A DNA stretch of 64,000 bases. Source: Cenarchaeum sp. Lineage in GTDB: Archaea > Thermoproteota > Nitrososphaeria > Nitrososphaerales > Nitrosopumilaceae. The notes beneath the pieces were generated by a model. That model was not told the origin of the DNA and made no database searches. It worked only from the letters and a program-made list of their open reading frames with translations. Made by a program: the position numbers and the translations under genes. The stretch covers positions 1,024,001 to 1,088,000 of the forward strand of contig OZ242221.1 in the NCBI GenBank assembly GCA_965206845.1. The letters run 5' to 3'. This document shows positions 20,870 to 29,500 of the stretch, piece by piece. The first letter of the stretch is position 1. Each line of letters opens with the position of its first letter.

Positions 20870-20982
20870 TTTATCGCGCCTTTTGCGCCTGGCTATAAAA
20901 AACTACGCGCAGCCGCCCCAAATCATGGAGGATGGCAGCGTCTGACTCCCTCAGGCCAGGCCATCCCACACAGGAACAAAAA

Positions 20983-21298
20983 GGTAGTAGCCCCGCCGGC
21001 TCCGATCTGGACTGACGGCCCCATCTCCCGGCGTACAAGATCCGCCACGTTGACGGGGAAGCGTGGATGCTCCACCTTAGGGCTGCTCCCTCCCGGACCT
21101 CGCCCCTTTCGATGGTTCAGATTTAGAAGTTGTCCCTTCAGACAATCCCAATCCTGCAACCACCCGCCCCGGCGTGATTTCATCTCCGCACGCCAAGCGG
21201 GAACTGCCATTCCAGAGATTTACCCGACAGTTGCTGATCTCTGCATATAGCCGGTTTCAGAACGGGGCACGGCTGGCACCCCAATCCTCCCTACTACC
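20983..21298 (-). ncRNA. ffs: Archaeal SRP (7S) RNA
   Basis: Helix-8 motif GGTCCGGGAGGGAGCAGCC; terminal pairing GGTAGTAG/CTACTACC; 316 nt; followed by TTTTT. Confidence 0.9.
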
Positions 21299-21330
21299 GG
21301 TATCCCTAAAGGAGGCTGGCTATATTTGCA

Positions 21331-22242
21331 TTATCCCCTGCGGCCCTTCAGCCTCAGAACCATGCTGCACACAGAGCACGTGTCCCCGGTGCACCGGCTC
21401 CCGCAGCCGGGGCAGGTAACCTGCACCTTGCTGCCGGTGCCCCGTACCGCCTGCGCCACCTTCTGTGTGGACCTGTACATGTTGTTCTTGGCCCCGGCAT
21501 GCCCGTCCTCCAGGGCGTTGAGAAACCTCCGGATCTCGGTCCTTATGCCCTCGTTCATGTGCGGGCAGGGCTCCGTCTGGAAGGGGATGCCGTTGGTGAA
21601 CGCAAAGAACGCTATCTCGGCCTCGTGCAGCTCGTCAAAGGGCTTTATCCTCCTGATCCCGTCCGGGGTCGCGTCGGGATCCATCCACCCAATCCTGGTG
21701 ACATCCCCGGAGATCATGTTTATGAGAAACGTCTGCAGGCTGTCGTCCTTGTTGTGGGCCGTCGCAATCACGTCGGCGCCCAGTTCCTCTGCGGCGCGGT
21801 CAAGGGCCCTTCTTCTCAGGGTGCCGCATATGGAACACGAGGTGGTCTTGGTATCCCGCAGCGTGAGCGCCTCGTCCAGCGTCATGCCAAAGAGATCCCC
21901 GTACGAGTACACCCTGTACTGAACACCCAGCTCTGCGCAGTACCTCTCCACAATCCCCAGCGCCTCGTCCCGGTAGCCCGGTATGCCCTCGTCTATGGTG
22001 ACTGCCATAATCCGAAAGTTGTGGGTCTCTGCCATCCTTGAGAGCACGTACAGCAGCGCCAGCGAGTCCTTGCCGCCAGAGACTCCGACGCACACCAGCT
22101 GGCCGCTCCGTATCATGTTATACTTTGAGATGGTCCTTGCGGCCTTTCTCTGTATCGAGTCAGAGAAGCACCCCCCGCACAGGTTCTCTCCGGAGTACCT
22201 TCTCGAGTATGCCGCCTGGTTCTGGCACCTGTCACACTTCAT
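21331..22242 (-). CDS. tRNA 2-thiolation protein (TIGR00269/NcsA/TtuA family)
   Basis: SGGKDS PP-loop, CxxC motifs, ATAHNKDD. Confidence 0.88.
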   Translation of the reverse strand: MKCDRCQNQAAYSRRYSGENLCGGCFSDSIQRKAARTISKYNMIRSGQLVCVGVSGGKDSLALLYVLSRMAETHNFRIMAVTIDEGIPGYRDEALGIVERYCAELGVQYRVYSYGDLFGMTLDEALTLRDTKTTSCSICGTLRRRALDRAAEELGADVIATAHNKDDSLQTFLINMISGDVTRIGWMDPDATPDGIRRIKPFDELHEAEIAFFAFTNGIPFQTEPCPHMNEGIRTEIRRFLNALEDGHAGAKNNMYRSTQKVAQAVRGTGSKVQVTCPGCGSRCTGDTCSVCSMVLRLKGRRG

Positions 22243-22319
22243 GCCGTATCCAGGCAGCCGGCTTTAATTTACTTTGGCGAGTGTATCCAATCCGCCTCTG
22301 GCGCGTCACAGAGAAACCC

Positions 22320-22811
22320 TCACGCCGGGCTAGGCGCGGCCAGCCCTGCCGCGCTCCTCGACTCTGACTGCCTGCAGCAGTCGCCCATGGGGATGTCCAG
22401 GTCGTGGGGACACTTTCTTGGGTGGTTCAGCATGGTGCAGAGCGCGTCGGTAAACTGCTTGCTCATGTGGTGCTCGATCCCGCAGACCATCTCCTCGTCG
22501 ATGGCAAGCTTCATGGCGGAGCTCATCAGGACCTCCAGAAGCCTGCTGTTTCTCATCATGCCAGAGCCGATGCTCTCGCCATCGAGCGTCAGCTTGACGC
22601 CGGCCTTGTTGTAGTTTACCAGCTTCTGGCCGTTGAGCTTTTTGAGCATCTGCACCACGCTGGACTGCCTCACGTTGAGCATCTTGGCGATGGTGCTGAT
22701 CTTTACCGGGGTCTTGTTCTCCTTGAGGTGCCATATGGCCTTGAGGTACATCTCGACATGCTCTGCCTCTGCGGTGCCGACAAACAGAACCTCCTCGTCC
22801 AACTGATCCAT
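22320..22811 (-). CDS. DtxR/MntR-family metal-dependent regulator
   Basis: EMYLKAI HTH, CGIEH, CPH...IP. Confidence 0.9.
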   Translation of the reverse strand: MDQLDEEVLFVGTAEAEHVEMYLKAIWHLKENKTPVKISTIAKMLNVRQSSVVQMLKKLNGQKLVNYNKAGVKLTLDGESIGSGMMRNSRLLEVLMSSAMKLAIDEEMVCGIEHHMSKQFTDALCTMLNHPRKCPHDLDIPMGDCCRQSESRSAAGLAAPSPA

Positions 22812-22812
22812 G

Positions 22813-23580
22813 TCATATCTCCCTCGAGTCTTTTAATAAGTATTCAAAGTACTGCCGGGCAAACCCCGCCAGCCCCGCATGGTCAGCCCATATGGCAACG
22901 GTGTCCTTCAGGGAGCTGCTGCTGACCTCGGATCCCAGGAGTATCACCACGTATCGGCGATCCGATATGATGCCGCCGCCAAACAGGCCCTTCCTTACCT
23001 TGATCTGCGCAATGCGTGACCCGGCCTTGAGCGACTCCTCGTCCATCCGGTCCGACGTCAGGATGGTGATCTTCACGCCCCGGTCATAGAGCGCCCTGAG
23101 CTTCGGCAGCGCCTGTCTCACCAGGGCCTGCCCCGCCTCCGGGAGCGCGATCATCACCTCGCTCCGGCACGACTCGACCATCTCCAGCATCTTTGTGGCG
23201 ATGTTGACCGTCCCGGACAGGACCCAGATGTCGGGCCTCTCCCTGGTCCCGCTCTTCTCGTACAGGGGCATCAGCTCCCCCAGTATGACGCTCTGGCGCT
23301 CCGCAAACTCCGCCTCCATCTGTTGCTTGGCGGCCTCCATTATCATCGGGGGGGATCTGGCAAAGTAGTTGGTGGGCCGGGACTCGTCTGACTCGATCCA
23401 TCCCCTAGTCTTCATGGTGCCTAGCACCTCGTAGATCTTCGAGTAGGGCACGGCGGAGCTGCGGCTCAGGTTCAGGGCGTTCTGCTCCCCACGCTGCAGC
23501 AGTGACGTGAAGATCTTGATCTCATAGCCGGTCAGGCCGATCTTCTTGAGGGCCTCTCTGGTGCCGGGAGATATGCTCAC
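22813..23580 (-). CDS. TrmB-family transcriptional regulator
   Basis: GLTGYE...VPYSKIYEVL...GWI HTH. Confidence 0.9.
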   Translation of the reverse strand: MSISPGTREALKKIGLTGYEIKIFTSLLQRGEQNALNLSRSSAVPYSKIYEVLGTMKTRGWIESDESRPTNYFARSPPMIMEAAKQQMEAEFAERQSVILGELMPLYEKSGTRERPDIWVLSGTVNIATKMLEMVESCRSEVMIALPEAGQALVRQALPKLRALYDRGVKITILTSDRMDEESLKAGSRIAQIKVRKGLFGGGIISDRRYVVILLGSEVSSSSLKDTVAIWADHAGLAGFARQYFEYLLKDSREI

Positions 23581-23689
23581 GCCACCTCTCGGCCTGCCTG
23601 TCTATTTAACTATCGTTTGTTTTCCTACAAAACCACCGGTGTGTGGTCGGAAAGCGATTATATATGATTATTTTGATTGCTAAACAGTA

Positions 23690-25354
23690 ATGGCTCTAAT
23701 TCAGATTGCGAATCAATCTATAAAGAAGGTAGGCAAGAGATCTACCATCCGGTTTACCCAGAGCATATGCCCCGACTGTAACATGATCCTGGATGCAGAG
23801 GTCTTTGAGAGGGACGGCATGGTATACATGACAAAGACATGCCCCACCCACGGCGAGTGTGAGGAGCTGTACTTTGGCTCGTACGAGATGTACAACAAGT
23901 TCAGCACGTACTGGATGGATGGCAAGGGTGCCCACGCTCCCAACGTTATGATTGACAAGTGCTCGTGTCCCAACAACTGCGGACTCTGTTCAAACCACCT
24001 GTCCCACAGCGGACTGGCCAACATGATTGTTACCAATAGATGCGACCTTACCTGCTGGTACTGCTTCTTTTATGTGAAGAAGGGCCTGGAGGGGGCGTAC
24101 ATGTACGAACCGTCGCACGACCAGGTGCGCGCAATGATGAAGACCCTCAGGGCCGAGAGGCCGATACCGGGCAACTCGATGCAGATCACCGGCGGCGAGC
24201 CCATGCTCCGGGAGGACATCGACACCGTAATCAAGATAATGAAGGAGGAGGGTGTCGACCACATCCAGATGAACACCAACGGTATCAGGCACGCAATGGA
24301 TCCGGAGGCTGCCAGGGATGTAAGGCTTGCAGGGTGCAACAACCTCTATCTCAGCTTTGACGGCGTTACCGCCAGGACCAACCCGAAGAACCACTGGGAG
24401 ATTCCACATGCTCTTGACAGCTGCCGCAAGACCGGAACCACCGTGGTCTTTGTCCCCACAGTGATAAAGTCAATAAACGATCACGAGCTGGGCGGAATCA
24501 TCAGGTACGCACAGAAGAACATGGACATCGTTCACGCAGTCAACTTCCAGCCCGTGTCCCTCACAGGCAGAATGGGCAAGCAAGAGCGTGAAAAGTACAG
24601 AATCACCATACCAGACTGCATACAGAGAATCGAGGAGCAGACCAACGGCGAGGTCACCATAGACGACTGGTTCCCGGTTCCCAGCTGCATGCCACTGACA
24701 AACGTCATCGAGGCGTTCTCCAGCAAGCCAAAGTACGAACTCTCGATCCACTTTGCATGCGGCGCAGGCACGTACATCTTTGAGGATGCCGACACCAAGA
24801 AGTTTGTCCCACTTACCAAATTCTGCGACATCCAGGGAATGCTGGAGCTCTTTGAGGACAAGTCAGAGGAGATTCGCTCCGGCAAGAACAAGTACTTTAC
24901 AATGCTTGAGGTGGTGAGAAAACTGAAGAGTTTCGTGGACACCAAAAAACAGCCTGCCGGCCTTGACTTGGCAAAGATGTTTGGCAACATACTCATGAAG
25001 AGATCCTTTGACTCTGTGGGCTCTTGGCACGTAAAGGGCCTGTTCCTTGGCATGATGCACTTCCAGGACAAGTACAACGAGGACTTGGAGCGGCTGCAGA
25101 GATGCGACATACACTACCTCACACCGGATCTCAGAATCGTTCCGTTCTGTGCCTTCAACGTGATTCCAGAGTGGTACCGTGACAGAATCCAGAAAAAGTA
25201 CTCCATTACCGTGGAGGAATGGGAGGAGAGAGAGGGCGTAAAGCTGGAAGACGGCCTGTACAGGGGCCTTATGAGACGCGGTGCCGGCGACGAGCTAGCT
25301 GCAGGCTGTGCCAAAAGCCAGATGTTCCACGAGGCATCACAGTCACTGATGTAG
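23690..25354 (+). CDS. tes: Tetraether (GDGT) lipid synthase, radical SAM
   Basis: N-terminal SICPDC...CPTHG, CPNNCGLC, CDLTCWYC radical-SAM motif, MHFQD.YN.DLERLQRC.IHY...PFCAFN. Confidence 0.85.
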   Translation: MALIQIANQSIKKVGKRSTIRFTQSICPDCNMILDAEVFERDGMVYMTKTCPTHGECEELYFGSYEMYNKFSTYWMDGKGAHAPNVMIDKCSCPNNCGLCSNHLSHSGLANMIVTNRCDLTCWYCFFYVKKGLEGAYMYEPSHDQVRAMMKTLRAERPIPGNSMQITGGEPMLREDIDTVIKIMKEEGVDHIQMNTNGIRHAMDPEAARDVRLAGCNNLYLSFDGVTARTNPKNHWEIPHALDSCRKTGTTVVFVPTVIKSINDHELGGIIRYAQKNMDIVHAVNFQPVSLTGRMGKQEREKYRITIPDCIQRIEEQTNGEVTIDDWFPVPSCMPLTNVIEAFSSKPKYELSIHFACGAGTYIFEDADTKKFVPLTKFCDIQGMLELFEDKSEEIRSGKNKYFTMLEVVRKLKSFVDTKKQPAGLDLAKMFGNILMKRSFDSVGSWHVKGLFLGMMHFQDKYNEDLERLQRCDIHYLTPDLRIVPFCAFNVIPEWYRDRIQKKYSITVEEWEEREGVKLEDGLYRGLMRRGAGDELAAGCAKSQMFHEASQSLM

Positions 25355-25605
25355 ACCAGAACACTGCGTCTTCAGATTTTGATGGATCGGTTTGTGTTTG
25401 GGCGCCATCGGCCTGTGTACCCGGAAAGGATGCGGTTCCTGCGTCCTGTGCATGGATGTCCCCGCACTGGCACCCGTGCCATGCCGGTTTTGCGCTCTGG
25501 ACGAGGCAGCCCATTGGTTAGAGGGCTCACCAATGCGGGCCAAACGCCATAAAATTCATCCCGCCGGGCTCCGGGGAGCCGCCTGCTGGCCGATCCGTAA
25601 AAAAA

Positions 25606-25731
25606 GGGAATTATATACTTCGGTTACAGAACCGTTGCCTTTTTCTGGTGCTCTGTCGATCCCTCCCACTCGTGGCTCTTGCGTGATGTCTGTGGAGCGG
25701 ACTGGGCAGCCCTGTCATGGAATCCCGCGCC
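25606..25731 (-). repeat. Inverted copy of element right end / candidate second omegaRNA scaffold
   Basis: Reverse complement aligns to 27425-27551. Confidence 0.85.
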
Positions 25732-25840
25732 AGGCAGGCGACAAGGATGGCTATGACGGTATGGACAGTCTGCATGGTCTGCATACTAATGACAGTGTTG
25801 CCGCGGCGCTTTTATGCGGTGTGGCATATTGCATGCGGTA

Positions 25841-27715
25841 ATGAAATCAATCGATATGGTGGCAACGGCGCTGGTAACGGTACCGGCGCCAGAAGCGAAA
25901 GCGAAACCGGCAAGGGAGGACACGGTGATCCGCACAATAAAGGTGGACTTTGGCCAGTCCGTGGCGCTGTCAGAGCTCATATCGCGCCTCATTGTGCAGC
26001 AGCGGTGGGCATACAACGTGGCCGTAGAGGAGATGCTGAATGACCCGACAGTAAGCAAATTTGATCTCAACAACAAGCTCACCGCGTGGAGGCAGAAGCA
26101 CGACTGGCTTGACGGCAACGTCTCTGTGCAACGGGCCGGGCTTGCCCAGGGAAGGGATGCCGTGCTGAAGTTTCTGGAATCAAACACTACAAAGCGCGCC
26201 CGCAGGATCATGTGGAAAGACAAATCCAAGAAATATAGAGAAAATAAAACGGAAAAAAATGACAAGAGGCTCAGGGAAGACGGAGATGGCGCCGGCGCAA
26301 ACCTGTCCCTGACCCCATGGAGTGGCAGAAAGAACAGGTGGAGCCACGAAAGCGACCTGTACAGGGCAAGGGGCGACAGGCAGGCGCTGTGTGTGTTTGG
26401 AAAGCCCGTGCAAAAGGACAACAACAGGATCATGCTACCGGGCATCGGCACAGTAGGCGTGCACGGCGAGATGATGGAATGGGACATGCGATCCTTCCAG
26501 CTTGTGGAGACAACCAAAAGGATCACCAGGCGCACCAGGGACCGCGACCGGACATACCGCCTCCACGTCAATGTCCGCATCAGAAAGCCCCGACCGGTGG
26601 AGTGTGATATAGTCCGTGGTGTCGACATGGGGATTGTCCACAACGCGACAACTGTGGACCTTGACACAGGCTACACGGAGTTCCACGACATGCCCAAGGA
26701 CTGCAGGAGGTCAAAGAACGATGAGGTATCGCGGATGCAGGCGGAGCTCTCAAGGAAGCGTGGAGGCAGCGGCAACCGGCGCATCAGGCAGAATGGTAAA
26801 GGCGACTGTCCCGGCAATGCCAGCATCAACGGCGGCACCAATGGGGACGGGAACGGCAGTAACAGCAAGCCGGGCAAATCGGGCAAGCAATGCAAGACCG
26901 TCGGGCCGAACCGCATCAACAGAAAGGCCAAGCGCGACAGGCCAAGGAAGCCCAAATCACGAAGTTACAAGGATCTGCAAAGGAAGATACAAAAAAAGCG
27001 GGAAAAGGTCGCCAACCGCCAGACGAACTGGGAGCGCCACGCGTCAAAGAAGATAGCCGACGGCGCCGGCACGGTGGCCATCGAGGATCTGAATATCAAA
27101 AACATGACGGCCAGGGCCAAAGGCAGTGGAAGCTCCGCCAAGAACGGCCTCAACCGCGAGATGGCATACTCCAGGCCGGGGACGTTCCAAAGGCGGATCG
27201 AGGGCGCATGCGCGAACGCCGGCGTGAAGGTAATCTCCGTTTATCCGGGGGGCACGAGCACCACATGCTACATGTGCGGCCGCAGGGACAAAGGCTCCCG
27301 CGTGTCGCAGGCCGAGTTCATATGCACGAATCACAAATGCGAATGCCACATCAACGCGGACGTCAATGCCGCGTATAACATTGCCGCCAGGGCGGCGGCA
27401 GGGCGGCGGGGAACGTCGTCCAAAGGCGCGAGATTCCAGGCCGGGATTGCTCCCGGACGCTCCGCAAACAACACGCAAGAGCCACGCGTGGGAGGGATCG
27501 CCGGAGCGCCAGAAAAAGGCAACGGTTCTGTAACCGAAGTATATAATTCCCTAAATAGGCTTCAAAACAATAGATCAGCAAGGTGTCCATGGGAGAAGAC
27601 TATCCGGAGTATGGTGAGGAGATCGGGTCCGCAGAGGTGCCAGAGGCAGACCCCTACAATTCCGACGTATTTGCAGAACCGGGACAGGCTCGGCACGATC
27701 CGGATATGGATCTGA
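25841..27715 (+). CDS. tnpB: Large TnpB-like RNA-guided endonuclease (copy 1)
   Basis: RWAYN, RuvC-I RGVDMG, RuvC-II IEDL, CYMC..C...C Zn finger, RuvC-III NADVNAAYNI; reads through the TIR. Confidence 0.88.
   Translation: MKSIDMVATALVTVPAPEAKAKPAREDTVIRTIKVDFGQSVALSELISRLIVQQRWAYNVAVEEMLNDPTVSKFDLNNKLTAWRQKHDWLDGNVSVQRAGLAQGRDAVLKFLESNTTKRARRIMWKDKSKKYRENKTEKNDKRLREDGDGAGANLSLTPWSGRKNRWSHESDLYRARGDRQALCVFGKPVQKDNNRIMLPGIGTVGVHGEMMEWDMRSFQLVETTKRITRRTRDRDRTYRLHVNVRIRKPRPVECDIVRGVDMGIVHNATTVDLDTGYTEFHDMPKDCRRSKNDEVSRMQAELSRKRGGSGNRRIRQNGKGDCPGNASINGGTNGDGNGSNSKPGKSGKQCKTVGPNRINRKAKRDRPRKPKSRSYKDLQRKIQKKREKVANRQTNWERHASKKIADGAGTVAIEDLNIKNMTARAKGSGSSAKNGLNREMAYSRPGTFQRRIEGACANAGVKVISVYPGGTSTTCYMCGRRDKGSRVSQAEFICTNHKCECHINADVNAAYNIAARAAAGRRGTSSKGARFQAGIAPGRSANNTQEPRVGGIAGAPEKGNGSVTEVYNSLNRLQNNRSARCPWEKTIRSMVRRSGPQRCQRQTPTIPTYLQNRDRLGTIRIWI
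27390..27551 (+). ncRNA. Candidate omegaRNA scaffold (copy 1 right end)
   Basis: Conserved among three copies with covarying hairpins; location expected for TnpB guide RNAs; 5' boundary approximate. Confidence 0.6.
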
Positions 27716-28014
27716 TCGAGCAGCTGAACCCCGTAGAGACCAAGGAGGGTGAAAAGATCGGCAAGAGCCAGTGCAAAAAAATCTGCTATGGGTTCAGGGC
27801 CATCAAGCCGCCCCGGCGTGGGCGCTACTCGTCGGGCCAGGTAAGGTGCATGATCTGTGACATCTTCATAAGCCGGGAGGGGTGCGCCGACAAGAGCGGG
27901 AACACCGCAACCCCGGAGGCCATGGGGCTGTTCTGCAAGTGCTGCGGGTACAGGGTGCGTACCAAGCCCAGGGCAAGCATATACAAGCAAAAGTTCAACA
28001 GGGATATCCAATAG
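27589..28014 (+). CDS. Cys-rich zinc-finger hypothetical protein
   Basis: CKKIC, CMIC, CKCC...RTKPR. Confidence 0.75.
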   Translation: MGEDYPEYGEEIGSAEVPEADPYNSDVFAEPGQARHDPDMDLIEQLNPVETKEGEKIGKSQCKKICYGFRAIKPPRRGRYSSGQVRCMICDIFISREGCADKSGNTATPEAMGLFCKCCGYRVRTKPRASIYKQKFNRDIQ

Positions 28015-28083
28015 GGGGATACCCATTGCGGCAAAAAACCGCCGAACAAAAAACTTAACTTGAGACGGATCGTACCCTCTGAC

Positions 28084-28530
28084 GTGAAGCTGACCAGCCA
28101 GACGTTTCAAGACGGATCCGAGATTCCCAGGAGGTGCGGCTACAAGACAAAAAACGTCAGCCCCGCCCTGCATGTCAGCGACATCCCGCCGGGCACGAGA
28201 TCGCTTGCGCTGGTGATGGATGATCCTGACGCCATGAAGCCTGCAGGCAAGGTCTGGGTGCACTGGCTCGTGTGGGGCATAGGCCCGGCAGCCGCCGGGG
28301 TTGCCGAAGGCTCCGCCTTTGACGGCGCCGTGGAGGGGAAGACCGACTTTGGCAGTACGGGATACGGCGGACCGGCCCCACCGGACGGGAGGCACACATA
28401 CGTCTTCAAAATCTATGCGCTGGACGCCAGGCTGAGCCTTGCTGGCGGGGCCAGAAAGCCGGAGCTTGAGGGCGCCATCAAGGGACATGTCATCGGGCAG
28501 GCGGTCCTGAAGGGAACCTTTGCCCCCTGA
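28084..28530 (+). CDS. YbhB/YbcL (PEBP) family protein
   Basis: DDPDA, WVHW, GYGGPAPPDG.HTY.F..YALD. Confidence 0.92.
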   Translation: MKLTSQTFQDGSEIPRRCGYKTKNVSPALHVSDIPPGTRSLALVMDDPDAMKPAGKVWVHWLVWGIGPAAAGVAEGSAFDGAVEGKTDFGSTGYGGPAPPDGRHTYVFKIYALDARLSLAGGARKPELEGAIKGHVIGQAVLKGTFAP

Positions 28531-28712
28531 CTGCGATCCGCCGGGCTCTCGCTGCGCGCCCCCCGCACACGGCAGCCCCATGCCAAAAAACTCAATTAGG
28601 AACGTGGCGGGGTTAGGGCGCGGGCATTGATGAGCATATCCCTCTGATTGGTGATGTGGATCTTGAGTTCTGAGCCTGCTGATTTTTATGGCAGACCGCG
28701 CATGCGGCAGGT

Positions 28713-29132
28713 GTGAAATCGCTGACACGGTACCTCAGATACGAGACAAAGACCCGCAGGGAGTTCGTCAACATAACGCCGGAGGTCGAGGCACTGGTCA
28801 GGGAGAGCGGGATCCGGGAGGGGCTCTGCCTGGTCAACGCGATGCACATCACTGCCAGCGTCTTCATCAACGATGACGAGGGCGGGCTCCACCGCGATTA
28901 TGAGCAGTGGCTTGAGGGGCTCGCCCCGCACGAGCCCACAGACGCGTACCTGCACAACCGGACCGGCGAGGACAACGCGGACGCCCACCTGAAGCGGCAG
29001 GTCATGGGCAGGGAGGTCGTCGTGGCGGTTACGGGCGGCGCGCTGGACTTCGGCCCGTGGGAGCAGATCTTCTACGGTGAGTTTGACGGAAGGAGATCCA
29101 AGCGCGTGCTGGTGAAGATAATCGGCGAGTGA
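28713..29132 (+). CDS. YjbQ/UPF0047 family protein
   Basis: [25 protein letters not shown]. Confidence 0.92.
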   Translation: MKSLTRYLRYETKTRREFVNITPEVEALVRESGIREGLCLVNAMHITASVFINDDEGGLHRDYEQWLEGLAPHEPTDAYLHNRTGEDNADAHLKRQVMGREVVVAVTGGALDFGPWEQIFYGEFDGRRSKRVLVKIIGE

Positions 29133-29133
29133 C

Positions 29134-29298
29134 CTATCCAAAGTCCACGTCGCGCTTCTGGCTCTGCCCCTCGTTCTTCCTGGCTGCCGCGCGAAACTTG
29201 TCGCTGTGGTTTTGTGGCCCGTGGCCGCACTTTACGCAGGCAATGAGGTACCCGTTGGTGTTCTTCTGGTATGTCTCGCAACCGCAAAAGCAGGCCAT
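29134..29298 (-). CDS. Small Cys/His metal-binding protein (54 aa; not in ORF track)
   Basis: MACFCGCETYQKNTNGYLIACVKCGHGPQNH...; TATA-like GATATATC ~24 nt upstream. Confidence 0.65.
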   Translation of the reverse strand: MACFCGCETYQKNTNGYLIACVKCGHGPQNHSDKFRAAARKNEGQSQKRDVDFG

Positions 29299-29338
29299 GT
29301 GATCTGCTGGAGTGCCGGTTGATATATCTCTTGAGAAA

Positions 29339-29500
29339 GGGAATTATATACATGAGTGTACAGTACCCATGCCTTTTGCTGGCGCTCTTGCATTGCCTCC
29401 CACGCTTGGCTCTCGCGTGTTGTTTGCGGAACGCGCGGGAGCAATCCCGCGCTGGCTTCTCGCGCCTTCAGACGACGATCCCCGCCGCCCTGCCGCCAAG
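29339..29500 (-). ncRNA. Candidate omegaRNA scaffold (copy 2 right end)
   Basis: Hairpins GCGCGGGA-TTGC-TCCCGCGC and CATGGGT...ACTCATG abutting TIR; 5' boundary approximate. Confidence 0.6.

Larger units (their letters stand above)
25606..27551 (+). mobile_element. TIR-bounded TnpB-only element, copy 1 (long ~126-bp inverted repeats)
   Basis: GGGAATTATATAC at 25606 and GTATATAATTCCC ending 27551; first 43 bp perfect inverted repeat; no exact TSD (TAAAAAAA vs TAAATAGG). Confidence 0.85.
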
